64,000 nt of DNA, from the NCBI GenBank assembly GCA_965215565.1, contig CBDCDZ010000004.1, positions 256,001-320,000 on the forward strand. Reading direction: 5' to 3'. This document shows, piece by piece, positions 38,865-49,042 of this stretch. This stretch comes from Trueperaceae bacterium. GTDB taxonomy: Bacteria > Deinococcota > Deinococci > Deinococcales > Trueperaceae. The position numbers were made by a program, and so were the translations under genes. The notes under the pieces are model-generated. The model was not told where the DNA came from and did no database searches. It saw nothing but the letters and a program-made list of their open reading frames with translations. The first letter of the stretch is position 1. Every line of letters starts with the position of its first letter.

Positions 38865-40958
38865 GTGCTAACGCTACCTGAAAAACTTTTATTTGTCGTT
38901 TTGGCTATGGTTTCATTTTATTTTACGTATATCGGTTTCAAACGCATCGTAGACGCGGTTCGGCGTGGCGATAAGGGCTACTATCCGCGCTTCAACCATC
39001 TGAGCGAGCGCATCGGCAAGTCTTTAGCGCGAACACTTTCGCAGGAGTCGGTCTTTAAGGATAGACCCGTCGCGAGCGCGTTTCACTCATTTATCTTTTA
39101 CGGCTTCGTCTTCTATGCGCTGGTGAATGTGATGGATGGATTGGAGGGCTTCGTCCCCGCTGCCTACCATCCCGACTGGGGCTTCGTCGGCAATGTGTAC
39201 CGCTTCGGCGCGGATATCTTTAGCGTTTTAGTCATCATCGGCGTCGTTTATTTTCTGGTCAGACGCTTTATCACGGGCGATAAGCGGTTGGCGTTCAACG
39301 AGAATACACCGCTTCATGAAAAGGTCAGAGCAGGCAGCATCAAACGTGACAGCCTCATCGTCGGCGCGTTTATTATCCTGCACGTCGGCTTTCGGCTCTT
39401 CGGCGCGGGCTACCTCTTGGCGGCGGAAGGTCACTTGGACGCTTGGCAACCCTTCGCAAGTCTGATTGCCAATATTGCAGGCTTTGGCGATAACCGCATC
39501 ATCGGCTGGCACATCGGCTGGTGGGGGGCGCTGGGGCTCATTCTCGCCTTTTTGCCGTATTTTCCGCGCAGCAAACACATTCACCTCTTCGCGGCTCCGG
39601 TGGATTACGCCTTAGAGCGTCGCTATGAGGATGGACGCGAGGTCTCGACAGGAGCGCTAGAACCGATTGACTTTGAGGACGAAACCTTAGAGCAGTTCGG
39701 CGTGGCGAAACTAGAGCACCTCCGCCAAACTCAGCTCTTGGACGCCTACGCCTGCATCCAATGCAACCGCTGCACGAACGTCTGCCCCGCGCAGCAGACG
39801 GGCAAAGCGCTCTCGCCTGCTGCCCTCGAAATCAACAAACGCTACGAACTCAACCAAGTCTCACCGCTTCTCGCGGCGGGCGAAGAAACGCCGCGCCCTG
39901 TAATGGACTTCGTGCTGGACGAAGCCTCTTTATGGGCGTGCACGGCGTGCGGAGCGTGCATGGACATCTGTCCGGTGGGTTGCAACCAGATGATCGACAT
40001 CATCGACATCCGCCGCGACCAGGTGATGATGCAAGGCGAATTTCCCGCCGAACTCGCCAATGCCTTTCGCGGCATGGAGCGCACGGGCAACCCCTGGGGC
40101 ATCTCGCAGGACAAGCGTGAAGAATGGACCCAAGATTTACCGGGATTAGAGGTTCCGACTGTCGAGCAGAACCCCGACTTCGAAGTGCTTTACTGGGTGG
40201 GCTGCGCGGGCTCCTACGACCCGCAAGCGCAAAAGACAGCGCGGTCTATGGCGTCCATTTTAGACCATGCAGATATCAACTACGCTATCTTAGGACGCGG
40301 CGAGAAGTGCACAGGCGACCCGGCGCGGCGCTCCGGCAACGAATACCTCTACTATCAGTTGGCGACCGAAAACGTGATGACCTTGAACGAGGTCTTGGTT
40401 GACCAAGCACTAGACGAGTCTAAGAAAAAGCGCGTCGTCACCACCTGCCCGCACTGCTTCAATGCCCTTCTGAACGACTATCCGCAGCTCGGTGGCGACT
40501 ACGACGTGGTGCACCACACGCAGCTTATCGAAGAGCTGATGCAAGTTGGAAAGTTGCCCCCGCTCGACCTCTCGGGTAACGTCACCTATCACGATCCTTG
40601 CTATCTGGGACGGCACAACGGCGAGTACGACGCACCTAGAAATATTTTACAAACGAGCGGCTTGAGCCTCACTGAGATGCCACGCAACCGGAACAATTCG
40701 TTCTGCTGCGGCGCGGGCGGCGCGCAGTTTTGGAAAGAGGAAGAAGCGGGAACCGAGCGCGTTTCAGAAAACCGCTACCGTGAGGCGAAGGCGACGGGCG
40801 CGGAAAAGGTGGCGACGGGCTGTCCGTTTTGTAAGGTGATGCTCTCGAGCAGCGACAGCGCCGAAGCCGAAAACGCTCCTGAAGTGGTGGACGTGGCGCA
40901 AATTGTGGCAGACCGTTTAGAGCGTATTTCAGCGCGGTTGAGGAGTGCAGCAGGTTAG
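38865..40958 (+). CDS. membrane Fe-S oxidoreductase (FadF/heterodisulfide-reductase-like, CCG domains)
   Basis: TM N-domain, CIQCNRCTNVCP, CTACGACMDICP, YHDPCYLGR and FCCGAGG motifs; GGAGG RBS before GTG 38865. Confidence 0.93.
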   Translation: MLTLPEKLLFVVLAMVSFYFTYIGFKRIVDAVRRGDKGYYPRFNHLSERIGKSLARTLSQESVFKDRPVASAFHSFIFYGFVFYALVNVMDGLEGFVPAAYHPDWGFVGNVYRFGADIFSVLVIIGVVYFLVRRFITGDKRLAFNENTPLHEKVRAGSIKRDSLIVGAFIILHVGFRLFGAGYLLAAEGHLDAWQPFASLIANIAGFGDNRIIGWHIGWWGALGLILAFLPYFPRSKHIHLFAAPVDYALERRYEDGREVSTGALEPIDFEDETLEQFGVAKLEHLRQTQLLDAYACIQCNRCTNVCPAQQTGKALSPAALEINKRYELNQVSPLLAAGEETPRPVMDFVLDEASLWACTACGACMDICPVGCNQMIDIIDIRRDQVMMQGEFPAELANAFRGMERTGNPWGISQDKREEWTQDLPGLEVPTVEQNPDFEVLYWVGCAGSYDPQAQKTARSMASILDHADINYAILGRGEKCTGDPARRSGNEYLYYQLATENVMTLNEVLVDQALDESKKKRVVTTCPHCFNALLNDYPQLGGDYDVVHHTQLIEELMQVGKLPPLDLSGNVTYHDPCYLGRHNGEYDAPRNILQTSGLSLTEMPRNRNNSFCCGAGGAQFWKEEEAGTERVSENRYREAKATGAEKVATGCPFCKVMLSSSDSAEAENAPEVVDVAQIVADRLERISARLRSAAG

Positions 40959-40978
40959 AGAAGAAGCGAGTCGGTATT

Positions 40979-41040
40979 TCAGCCGGTCAGCTAGTCAGGT
41001 TTTTGCTCTTTCTGACAAGCTGAAGTGCTGACAAGCTGAC
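40979..41040. repeat. inverted octamer (TCAGCTAG/CTGACAAG) tandem-repeat hairpin
   Basis: TCAGCCGG-TCAGCTAG-TCAG ... CTGACAAG-CTGAAGTG-CTGACAAG-CTGAC. Confidence 0.75.
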
Positions 41041-41098
41041 GCGCCTTCAGGACATTCGCCCTACCTCCAAATCCGCCTCGAGCTTCTATACTAAAGAC

Positions 41099-41692
41099 AT
41101 GAACCGACTCTGGCTCTTAGCCTCTCTCGCCCTGCTTTCGGTGTGCTTGGCGGTGTTCAGCTTCTACCAACTGAGCCGCGCCTCGTCCGCGGAGCTTTAC
41201 GGCACCGTCGTGGATAGCAAACCTGTGGTGGGCGAAATTGAACTGACTAACGGCGAGGGCAAGCGCGTCAAGCTCTCGGATTATCAGGGCGATGTACTTT
41301 TAGTCTTCTTCGGTTTTACGAACTGCCCCGACGTGTGCCCGATGACGATGGGACGTCTCGGCAAAATGTACCGAGATATGGGCGAACCCGACGACGTACA
41401 AGTCGCCATGATCACCGTTGACCCGGCGCACGATACGCCCGAGGTTTTGGCGAACTACGTCAGCGCGTTTCACCCTGACTTTGCGGCGCTGAGCGGCTCG
41501 CAAGCGGACATCGCGAACGCGGCGAAGACGTTTTTTGTCGGGTATAGGGGTATCGAAGATAAACAGTTCGTCCACACGGATACGGTGGCGATGCTTGACC
41601 GTGAAGGGCGGATGCGCCTCGTGTATGGTCAAGATAAAGTCAAGCATATCGGGGAAGATTTAGAGACGGTGCTAGCACAACGGGACTTCTAA
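41099..41692 (+). CDS. SCO1/SenC family copper chaperone
   Basis: FFGFTNCPDVCP, ITVDP.HDTPE and the conserved His (VHT). Confidence 0.95.
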   Translation: MNRLWLLASLALLSVCLAVFSFYQLSRASSAELYGTVVDSKPVVGEIELTNGEGKRVKLSDYQGDVLLVFFGFTNCPDVCPMTMGRLGKMYRDMGEPDDVQVAMITVDPAHDTPEVLANYVSAFHPDFAALSGSQADIANAAKTFFVGYRGIEDKQFVHTDTVAMLDREGRMRLVYGQDKVKHIGEDLETVLAQRDF

Positions 41693-42489
41693 ACGCTGAG
41701 CTTCGACGAACAGGTCTGCTCGCCTGTAGAGAGGTTGTCAAGTACCTCTTCCGGCGAGATTTTTTCTTGACGCACCTTCTCTAAACCTACTGCAAAGCCT
41801 GCTCGCTCTGACAAACCTAGCACTGGATAGCCGACCGAAGTCGCCGCTTTATCCCCATACAAACAGGCAAAGACAGTAGGGGTTTCGGTTGTGCCTGCGT
41901 AAGGCGTCACAACCTCTAAACTATAGGCAATGTCGTCAGCGTCCAGCCACTGCTCGACGCCGGCGAAGGTCAGTGCTAATCCTTCTTGCCTCAGGTGCGC
42001 TGCTAATGATTTCGGCAAGCCAGTACGTTGCTGATAGAGGGCTCTATAGACTTGCGCTAAGACCTTTTCGCTTATCTTGGGTCTCGTCACCTGTTCGCTT
42101 GTCCAAAAAAGCGTCACTGTCCAGCCTCGTGAAGCCTCCGCGCGGGTGTTGAAGCGGTGCGTCCAATCGGTGAGGTAACGGTCTGTCCAACCTCCTTGGG
42201 CGTCGTCAGCCACGACGAGACCATGTCGAAGTTCGGGGACGTGCGCCAAGCGTTCCACTGCCTCTTCTACTGCCTCCGCCGCAACTCCTTCAGCGTTCAA
42301 CTCGAGCACCCTATTCAGCGTTTCGGCTACATGCACTTTGCCCATCGGATTCAACACGCTAAGTGGCAAGACCATCTCTTGTCCACCCCCTGTCATCAGC
42401 TCGAGGTAGCATTCAAAACGTGCCCAGCCACGCGGCAGGTCATAGAGGTCGCGCTGTTGTTGTAAAAGTGGAATATGAGCGAGAGACAT
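41689..42489 (-). CDS. conserved hypothetical protein
   Basis: Protein-like from MSLAHIPLL (ATG 42489); NPMGK.HV, DD..GGWT.RY and LYGD..A..GY motifs. The longer 5' extension lies in MITE sequence. Confidence 0.75.
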   Translation of the reverse strand: MSLAHIPLLQQQRDLYDLPRGWARFECYLELMTGGGQEMVLPLSVLNPMGKVHVAETLNRVLELNAEGVAAEAVEEAVERLAHVPELRHGLVVADDAQGGWTDRYLTDWTHRFNTRAEASRGWTVTLFWTSEQVTRPKISEKVLAQVYRALYQQRTGLPKSLAAHLRQEGLALTFAGVEQWLDADDIAYSLEVVTPYAGTTETPTVFACLYGDKAATSVGYPVLGLSERAGFAVGLEKVRQEKISPEEVLDNLSTGEQTCSSKLSV

Positions 42490-42496
42490 AATATAA

Positions 42497-42797
42497 AGCA
42501 GTTCACAGAAGTACTGAATTGGAAGAGCGCAAGCATCATTTAAGAATATGCGTGTTCGCCCAAGTTCTCTAACGTGAGACTGGCTCAAACCAAATGATAC
42601 TTGCTATAGATGTCTAGTTTGGACGCTCGGCGGGTGTTTGTCAAGGTGCAAAAAGCCTACAACCTTCCGGGCTGTAGGCTTGATTATAGCGGTTATCAGA
42701 AGTACTGAGCTTGAATCACGCAGATATCATCCCTTAAAGTGCGTGCTGTACGATATTTTATCTCGTGAGATTGGCTCAAACCAGATGATACCTGCTA
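42497..42797 (-). mobile_element. two short (~110 bp) MITE-like copies flanking a terminator hairpin
   Basis: 42497-42606 and 42687-42797 both end in CCA(A/G)ATGATAC(T/C)TGCTA; hairpin AAGCCTAC/GTAGGCTT lies between them. Confidence 0.8.
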
Positions 42798-42815
42798 TAG
42801 TAGCGCTGTTTGAAC

Positions 42816-43466
42816 CTAAAAAGACACACTCACCGCAAAATCTGCAAGCTCTCCCTGATCGAAGCTGTAACGCCCGCGCGTACCGCTAATCACGCCTACG
42901 TCGCGCATTTCCCCCAGCGTCGCGGTAGTAGTCTCACGGGCTGCGCCCACCATCGCCGCGAAATTATCGTGGGTGAGGGGCAGCGTCAAACGAACTTGAC
43001 CCTCTTCGGAGGTGTGACCGAAGCGCTGACCCAAACGTAGAAAGGCCCTCGCTAACCGCGCGTTTACGGGCAAATCCGTATCCTCTAAGGCGTCGCGTAG
43101 ACGAGTGAGATAGAGTCCCGACGCGGCGTGCAGCGCGTCTTGAAGCTCGAGCTGTTCTTTCAACAGCACACTTACGCGCACCCTCGGTGACAGCGCCTCG
43201 GCGCTCTCCTGATACGTGTGGTGCAGCGGCGTAATCGCGCCGAGATAGTCGCCCGGTCCCACCACACTGACGATGCGCTCGCGCCCGCTCAAGAGGTCTA
43301 AGCTGAGTTTTAAGAGTCCTTCTTCGACGTGATAGACCGCGCTGGCGTCGTCGCCTAAATAATAAAGCGTGTCACCCTTGCTCAAATTCCGACTCGGATA
43401 GTCGTGCGCTGCAGGTGGCGGCGGCGGATTCCCCTGGGGATGCTGGACAAAGCTTAACGCTGACAT
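42816..43466 (-). CDS. Crp/Fnr family transcriptional regulator
   Basis: cNMP-binding fold (LYYLGD..Y.V.EG.LKL..GPGDYLG) and HTH LTH..FA.MVGAARETTT. Confidence 0.93.
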   Translation of the reverse strand: MSALSFVQHPQGNPPPPPAAHDYPSRNLSKGDTLYYLGDDASAVYHVEEGLLKLSLDLLSGRERIVSVVGPGDYLGAITPLHHTYQESAEALSPRVRVSVLLKEQLELQDALHAASGLYLTRLRDALEDTDLPVNARLARAFLRLGQRFGHTSEEGQVRLTLPLTHDNFAAMVGAARETTTATLGEMRDVGVISGTRGRYSFDQGELADFAVSVSF

Positions 43467-43525
43467 AAATGATTATACTCGCTGATTGTCACGCAGCGAG
43501 TATCACATGTCATGTTGAGCGCAGT

Positions 43526-44806
43526 TTAGGTCGGTGCTAGAGAGGGGGCTGCTTGATACACCACCCTACCGCGCACAAATGTTAAACGTGCCCAACCTCT
43601 TAGGGATTGAGCCTCCCACGGGCTAAATTTAGCTTTGCTTTTGAACGCTCGAGGGTCAACGGGTCGGTCTGAGTCCAAGTCAATCACCGTGAGGTCGGCG
43701 GGGTGTCCGGGCTCGAGCTTGGGCGCGTCCCAGCCCATCACTGCTGCTGGACCTTTCTGCAAGAGGTCGAGCAGTTCTTCTAACGTCAGCACACCTGCCC
43801 CCACGAGTTCGGTGTAGAGCAGCGGAAAAGTCACTTCGATGTTCGCGATGCCGAAGGGAGCCTCCAATATGTCTCGCTCTTTCTCCGCTTTCGTGTGCGG
43901 CGCGTGGTCCGTACCGATGCAGTCCACCACGCCTCGCTTCAGCGCGTCTCGCAGGTAGTCCACGTCCTCTTGCGTGCGGAGCGGCGGCGCAACTTTATAA
44001 ATAGGGTCGAAAGAGGTCAAGGTCTCGTCCGTCAAGGTGAGGTGATGCGGCGTGACCTCACAGGTGACGGGTGCGCCTTGGTCTTTGAACCATTCGACAA
44101 CCTGCATTCCGCGTTTTGAAGAGACGTGCGCAATGTGAACCCTCGTCCCCGTCATCAGCGCAATTTCGCAGTCGCGGTAGATCATCGTCGCCTCTGCTGA
44201 GATGGGATTACCCGGTAGCCCCAACCGCTGACTGACCACCCCTTCGTTCATCGCGCCGTCTTGCCGTAGCGACGGGTCTTCCGAATGCGTCTGAATAATC
44301 AAGCCGAGTTCGGCCGCATACTCACACGCGCGGCGCATCAGGTGACTGTCTACGACAGGAATCCCGTCATCCGTAATCATCACCGCGCCCGCCTCTTTCA
44401 AAGCTGCAAAGTCGGTAAGCTGTTTTCCTTGCAGACCTCTACTCAAGGTTGCCGCAGGACGCAGCCGCGCTTGTCCGATGCGCTCCGCTTTGGCGATAAG
44501 TTCCGCCACCACGCTGGGGTCGTCCACAGGTGGCGACGTATTCGCCATACTCACAACGGTTCCGTAACCGCCCGCCGCCGCCGCTCCTAGCCCCGAGCGC
44601 AAGTCCTCTTTGACCTCTTGCCCCGGCTCGCGCAGGTGGGCGTGGAGGTCGATAAGCGCAGGCGTGACGAGATTGTTTTCAGCGTCGTACGTTTCGTCTA
44701 CCTCTCCCTCTAAGTTGAAGCCTTCGATGAGACCATCTTTGAGGTAGAGGTTGGTGGAGGTGTCTGAGTCGAGAAGGTGGGCGTTTTTAACCAGAATTCT
44801 GGACAT
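43526..44806 (-). CDS. pyrC: dihydroorotase
   Basis: DLHAHLREPG, HIAHVS, CEVTPHHL, KVAPPLR and TDHAPH motifs. Confidence 0.97.
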   Translation of the reverse strand: MSRILVKNAHLLDSDTSTNLYLKDGLIEGFNLEGEVDETYDAENNLVTPALIDLHAHLREPGQEVKEDLRSGLGAAAAGGYGTVVSMANTSPPVDDPSVVAELIAKAERIGQARLRPAATLSRGLQGKQLTDFAALKEAGAVMITDDGIPVVDSHLMRRACEYAAELGLIIQTHSEDPSLRQDGAMNEGVVSQRLGLPGNPISAEATMIYRDCEIALMTGTRVHIAHVSSKRGMQVVEWFKDQGAPVTCEVTPHHLTLTDETLTSFDPIYKVAPPLRTQEDVDYLRDALKRGVVDCIGTDHAPHTKAEKERDILEAPFGIANIEVTFPLLYTELVGAGVLTLEELLDLLQKGPAAVMGWDAPKLEPGHPADLTVIDLDSDRPVDPRAFKSKAKFSPWEAQSLRGWARLTFVRGRVVYQAAPSLAPT

Positions 44807-44823
44807 GTAAGCTCCTAAAAGAA

Positions 44824-44892
44824 GCTGTTAGCCATTAGCTGTTAGGTATTAGCATCGAAAGCTAACAGCTAAAGGCCAAGAGCTAATCGCTA
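44824..44892. repeat. inverted heptamer (GCTGTTA/GCTAACA) tandem-repeat hairpin
   Basis: GCTGTTA-GCCATTA-GCTGTTA-GGTATTA ... GCTAACA-GCTAAAG-GCCAAGA-GCTAATC. Confidence 0.75.
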
Positions 44893-45852
44893 TCTTTTTC
44901 CCACTAACAGCGTATAAAGCACCGCCATCCGAATCGGCACCCCGTTCGCCACCTGCGTCTCAATCACGCTCCGCTCCGAATCTGCGAGCGTCCCCGAAAG
45001 TTCCACATCGCGGTTCATCGGTCCGGGGTGCATGATGAGCGCGTCCGGGTGAGCGTGTTTCATCACCTCTTCAGTGACTTGGTAGCGCGTTTGATATTCG
45101 GCTAAGGAGGGGAGAAGTCCTGCATTCATCCGCTCCATCTGTAAACGCAACGCCATCACCACATGTGCACCTTCGGCGGCTTCGTAAATGTTGTTCGTTA
45201 AGGTGACGTTGTATTGCTCTAACTCCTTTGGCAACAGCGTCCTCGGTCCGCAAAGCGTCACTTCCGCCCCCAATTTCGTCCAGAGTTCGACATTGGAGCG
45301 GGCGACTCTCGAGTGCATCACATCCCCGACAATCGCCAACTTCTTCCCCGCAAATCCGTCAAACCCGCTGAACTCTTTAGAAAAGGTATAGGCGTCCAAA
45401 AGCGCCTGCGTCGGATGGGCGCGGCGTCCGTCGCCTGCGTTGACAATCGCGGCGTCCGTCCATTTGGTGAGCTGATAGGGCACGCCCGCTGCACGGTGCC
45501 GCACGACGTAGAGGTCGGCTTGCATGGCGTCTACGGTCTTGAGCGTATCTTTTAAGGATTCACCTTTGCTGAGGCTCGAGCCCCCCGCCGCAAAGCTCAT
45601 CACATCCGCTGACTGCGCCCGCGCCGAGCGCTCAAAGGAGAGCCGCGTGCGCGTCGAAGGCTCAAAGAAGAGCGTGCCCACTGTAAAGCCTTGCAGCGCC
45701 GGAACCTTTTTAATCGTGCGCGTCATGACCTGCGCCATCACGTCCGCCGTGTTGAATAACGCCGTGACCTCTTCGGCGCTCCAGTCCTGCAAATCGAGCA
45801 GATGACGCTTCTTCGCCTTCGCCGCTTCGGGAACCTGCACGGTCTGAATCAT
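44890..45852 (-). CDS. pyrB: aspartate carbamoyltransferase catalytic subunit
   Basis: [34 protein letters not shown] and HPGPMNR motifs. Confidence 0.98.
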   Translation of the reverse strand: MIQTVQVPEAAKAKKRHLLDLQDWSAEEVTALFNTADVMAQVMTRTIKKVPALQGFTVGTLFFEPSTRTRLSFERSARAQSADVMSFAAGGSSLSKGESLKDTLKTVDAMQADLYVVRHRAAGVPYQLTKWTDAAIVNAGDGRRAHPTQALLDAYTFSKEFSGFDGFAGKKLAIVGDVMHSRVARSNVELWTKLGAEVTLCGPRTLLPKELEQYNVTLTNNIYEAAEGAHVVMALRLQMERMNAGLLPSLAEYQTRYQVTEEVMKHAHPDALIMHPGPMNRDVELSGTLADSERSVIETQVANGVPIRMAVLYTLLVGKR

Positions 45853-46394
45853 GCCAGCTCCATGAGGTCTACGCCCTCTTCACCATCTACAGATTCCAAC
45901 TTCACCTTCACAACCTCTTGCTTGCTCGTCGGCACGTTCTTGCCGACAAAGTCCGCCCGAATTGGCAGTTCCCTATGCCCCCTATCCACCAACACCGCAT
46001 ACTGGATCACCGAGGGACGCCCCATGTCGATGAGGGCGTCTAGTGCGGCCCGCGCCGTCCGCCCCGTATAGAGCACGTCGTCACAGAGCACCACGCGCAC
46101 GCCTTGGATGTCGAAGGGGACTTCCGTCCTTTTCACGACAGGTTGTAGGGCAATTTCGGAGAGGTCGTCGCGGTACAAGGTGATATCGAGCTTGCCGAGC
46201 AGCGGTTTGACGTTTTCGAAGCTCTCAATTAAACCCGCTAGATGCTCCGCAATCGGCACGCCCCGCGTGTGGATACCCACCAGCGCCAAGTTCTGTGCGC
46301 CCTTGTTACTCTCGACGATTTCGTGGGCGATGCGCGTCAAAGCGCGGTTAATTTCCGCAGTGGTCATGAGGGTGGCTTTGTGGGTCATGCTCAT
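45849..46394 (-). CDS. pyrR: bifunctional pyr operon regulator/uracil phosphoribosyltransferase
   Basis: [25 protein letters not shown] and [11 protein letters not shown] motifs; GAGG RBS before ATG 46394. Confidence 0.98.
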   Translation of the reverse strand: MSMTHKATLMTTAEINRALTRIAHEIVESNKGAQNLALVGIHTRGVPIAEHLAGLIESFENVKPLLGKLDITLYRDDLSEIALQPVVKRTEVPFDIQGVRVVLCDDVLYTGRTARAALDALIDMGRPSVIQYAVLVDRGHRELPIRADFVGKNVPTSKQEVVKVKLESVDGEEGVDLMELA

Positions 46395-46416
46395 AGCGCA
46401 CCTCTCATGATGTGCC

Positions 46417-46520
46417 AAAAAAAAGCGCCGTCAGCGCGGCGTGAAAGGGCTTGATTGTGTGGTTGACCTCTTGCATGGTTGGTTCCTTTCCGGTCTCGCG
46501 GGACCGAGTTAAAGGGTTGT
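46417..46520 (-). promoter_or_regulatory. PyrR-binding attenuator leader (binding loop plus terminator)
   Basis: Minus strand CCTTTAACTCGGTCCCGCGAGACCGGAAAGG matches the PyrR binding-loop pattern; downstream CGCCG-CGCTGA-CGGCG-C-T8 terminator. Confidence 0.9.
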
Positions 46521-46618
46521 TGAAGAAGTGTACATTTTTTATACTTCTTCGTCAATTTGCAGAGACAGCTCGAGTTCACGTCTACTGAATCTGAGACCTA
46601 GATGATATATTTTGATAA

Positions 46619-47770
46619 ATGACCTTGAAGCAAGAACTTGGCGACATTACAACTCAGCTTGATGACTGGCTGAAAATGGGTCTCAATGAAGCGCAAACGA
46701 CTCAAGCAATCGTTCTAAGGCTTTTGCGAGCCCTTGAATATGATATTTGGAATCCTATAGAGGTGTTTGCTCAGGAAACTGGTAACGCAGGAATTCCTGA
46801 CTTTATCGTGAGTCAGCAAGGTAAACGTCGTTTCGTCATCGAGGTAAAAAAATTAAATGCCGTTTTAGACGAAAAAATGAAGACGCAGGCTGTTTCCTAC
46901 GCAAATAATCACGCTATGCGTTGGGCAATTCTTACGAACGGTTCTGAGTGGCTATTTTTCGATAGCTTTATGCAAAATAAACAAGCTCACAACCGACTCG
47001 TCCTCACCTTATCGCTAAAAGGCTTAGATTTGCAGCTTTTGACGCAGTATTTTGAGCGCTTACTTCACGCTTCAATCTGGACGAATTCCTCTAACAATGT
47101 TGAGGAGACTGCAAGAGATATTCAGGCGCATATTGAGCTAAACAGCAGACTTCAACCTCTTGCTAAGAGGCTCGAGAAACTAATGGAAGAGTATACAGTT
47201 CAAGATTTCGAAGCAGGTCTAAAGCTGGCAAAACGCCTGAACGTCTGGGATGAGGATAGCGTCAAGTTATTAGACAGTAACCTAGAAACTTTCCGACGAC
47301 TCACCATCAATACTGAAGTGGAGCACCAAGTAGACTCTGAATACGCTGGTCACGAGAAAAATGTCACCTTAGAAAATGCACTGCAACTTGGGATTCAAAA
47401 AACATCTCCTCACACTAGGAAAGAGGGTAAGTCTTCTGGACTCGAGGCATTTGTAGACAACGAAAAGGTGCAGGCGGCAAGCTGGCGAGATATTCATGCG
47501 GGGATTGCCGAGGCGTTTTTGATTTTAGGTCACGGCGAACTTCTTGAAGAAAGTGCCCACATCTACCGAAGTACTGAAGAAAGACGTATGACAAATGGGA
47601 AGACTTATCCCCCTAGTGCTTATAGAAAGCTGAGCGACGGGCGTTTTCTGTTTCTGCATTACAGTTCGAAGGACCATCTTGGGCGTATTAAAAAATTACT
47701 TCGAGCTGTGAATGCGCCATCAGGTGTTATCAGTGCCAACTACAAGGAAAACGAGTTTGCTCTACCCTAA
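46619..47770 (+). CDS. HsdR-N-type PD-(D/E)xK endonuclease-domain protein (stand-alone, AT-rich)
   Basis: NEAQT..IV..L.ALEYDIWNP.EV, PDF...IEVKK, QAVSYA and ILTNGSEW motifs; markedly AT-rich relative to the flanks. Confidence 0.85.
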   Translation: MTLKQELGDITTQLDDWLKMGLNEAQTTQAIVLRLLRALEYDIWNPIEVFAQETGNAGIPDFIVSQQGKRRFVIEVKKLNAVLDEKMKTQAVSYANNHAMRWAILTNGSEWLFFDSFMQNKQAHNRLVLTLSLKGLDLQLLTQYFERLLHASIWTNSSNNVEETARDIQAHIELNSRLQPLAKRLEKLMEEYTVQDFEAGLKLAKRLNVWDEDSVKLLDSNLETFRRLTINTEVEHQVDSEYAGHEKNVTLENALQLGIQKTSPHTRKEGKSSGLEAFVDNEKVQAASWRDIHAGIAEAFLILGHGELLEESAHIYRSTEERRMTNGKTYPPSAYRKLSDGRFLFLHYSSKDHLGRIKKLLRAVNAPSGVISANYKENEFALP

Positions 47771-47828
47771 GTTTTGAGAAGAGACAGATGATAGCGCTTC
47801 TAAACCAAAACCGCACCGCCCTCGAGCC

Positions 47829-48083
47829 TCACGCCACCCTCTCCACCTCTTCCCCTACCTCATACAAAAACTCAGGCGCAAAGTCCGCACCATTCGGCCA
47901 CTCAACCGTGTTCGTCTCAGGGTTCACAGCGACTTGCTGAAATAGTTCTTTATCCTTTAGCGGTTCAAATACTTCACCGTAGAGTTCTGACTCGAGGTCA
48001 ACACGCTTACTAACGCCGTTATCAAAGGTCACGTTCAAGCAGTGTCCATCTAAAACCTCTACATCAGTTACGTGCAAAAACAT
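47829..48083 (-). CDS. DUF2442 domain protein (antitoxin-like)
   Basis: V.DV..L.G..L.VTF.NG..K.VDL..GEVFEPL.D..F.QV..T..WPNGADFAPE.LYE. Confidence 0.92.
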   Translation of the reverse strand: MFLHVTDVEVLDGHCLNVTFDNGVSKRVDLESELYGEVFEPLKDKELFQQVAVNPETNTVEWPNGADFAPEFLYEVGEEVERVA

Positions 48084-48136
48084 CGTTACGATAAAGTCTC
48101 CTAATTCTCTACACTAATAGGCTCGAGCCTCTCCTC

Positions 48137-49042
48137 CTACCCAACAGCCTGCGGCGTCATCTCCTCCAACAATCTGAGTAGCGCCACATCCTTCTGCTTC
48201 GCCTCGAGCATCACATCATAGGGCTCATCGCCGCCGATTTGGTCTAGCGTGCCAGTCACTTGCAAAAAGTCGCCTAGCTCAACGAAGTCGGCGTGCGCCG
48301 TGGTGAAGTCTCTGGGCGAGGAGAGGTGAAACTTGGGGATGCGCCCGCCCCAGGTATTGACAACGCGCTCCACGAGTTCGGTAAGTCCTTCGTCCCACCT
48401 TTCACGTACAGGATTGAGCTTGTGGTGGAAGAAGTCGAAGATGACGGGCAGCCCTGCGCTTTCGCAGACGCTCAGTACGTCTTCGGTGTGAAAGGTGCGG
48501 TCATCGTTTTCTAAGGTGAGCTTACCTTTCGCCAATGGGGAGAGGAGACCGATGTTCTTCTCCAACCTCTTCAGCGCCGTAACTTTGTCGCCATAAGCGC
48601 CGCCCGCGTGCAGCGTCATGGTGCCGCTGCCGGGGTCCACCGCTTCTAAAAAGGCGGCGTGGTATTCAAGCTCCCTGACCGAAGCTGCTACGACGTTTTC
48701 CTTAGGTGAGTTGAGCACCGTGTACTGTCCGGGGTGCATGGAGAGGCGCATGGCGTGTTGCCGCGCGAAGTCGCGAATTTCCGTGAGTTCCTTTTCGAAG
48801 CGTTCAAGCCAGTTGAAGGGGAAAGCTTCGTGCGAGGCGAGTGGGATGATGGAGGAGCCGATGCGCAGAAAGTGGATGCCCTGGGTGAGGTTCCACTCGA
48901 GCATCTTTTGAAGCGTCATTAGGTTTTCGCGGGCCACGGCTTCGGCTTTCTCGCTCGTAAGGTTGGCAAGCCGTACAGTTCTACCCGTTGTATATTTTAG
49001 CGTGACGTTGGTACAGGGATAGCCCAAGTAGCGCAGTTTCAT
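48137..49042 (-). CDS. uvsE: UV DNA damage endonuclease
   Basis: LGYPC.N, RLSMHPGQYTVLNSP, HAGGAYGDK, LENDD, FDFFHH and MLEAK.KD motifs. Confidence 0.96.
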   Translation of the reverse strand: MKLRYLGYPCTNVTLKYTTGRTVRLANLTSEKAEAVARENLMTLQKMLEWNLTQGIHFLRIGSSIIPLASHEAFPFNWLERFEKELTEIRDFARQHAMRLSMHPGQYTVLNSPKENVVAASVRELEYHAAFLEAVDPGSGTMTLHAGGAYGDKVTALKRLEKNIGLLSPLAKGKLTLENDDRTFHTEDVLSVCESAGLPVIFDFFHHKLNPVRERWDEGLTELVERVVNTWGGRIPKFHLSSPRDFTTAHADFVELGDFLQVTGTLDQIGGDEPYDVMLEAKQKDVALLRLLEEMTPQAVG

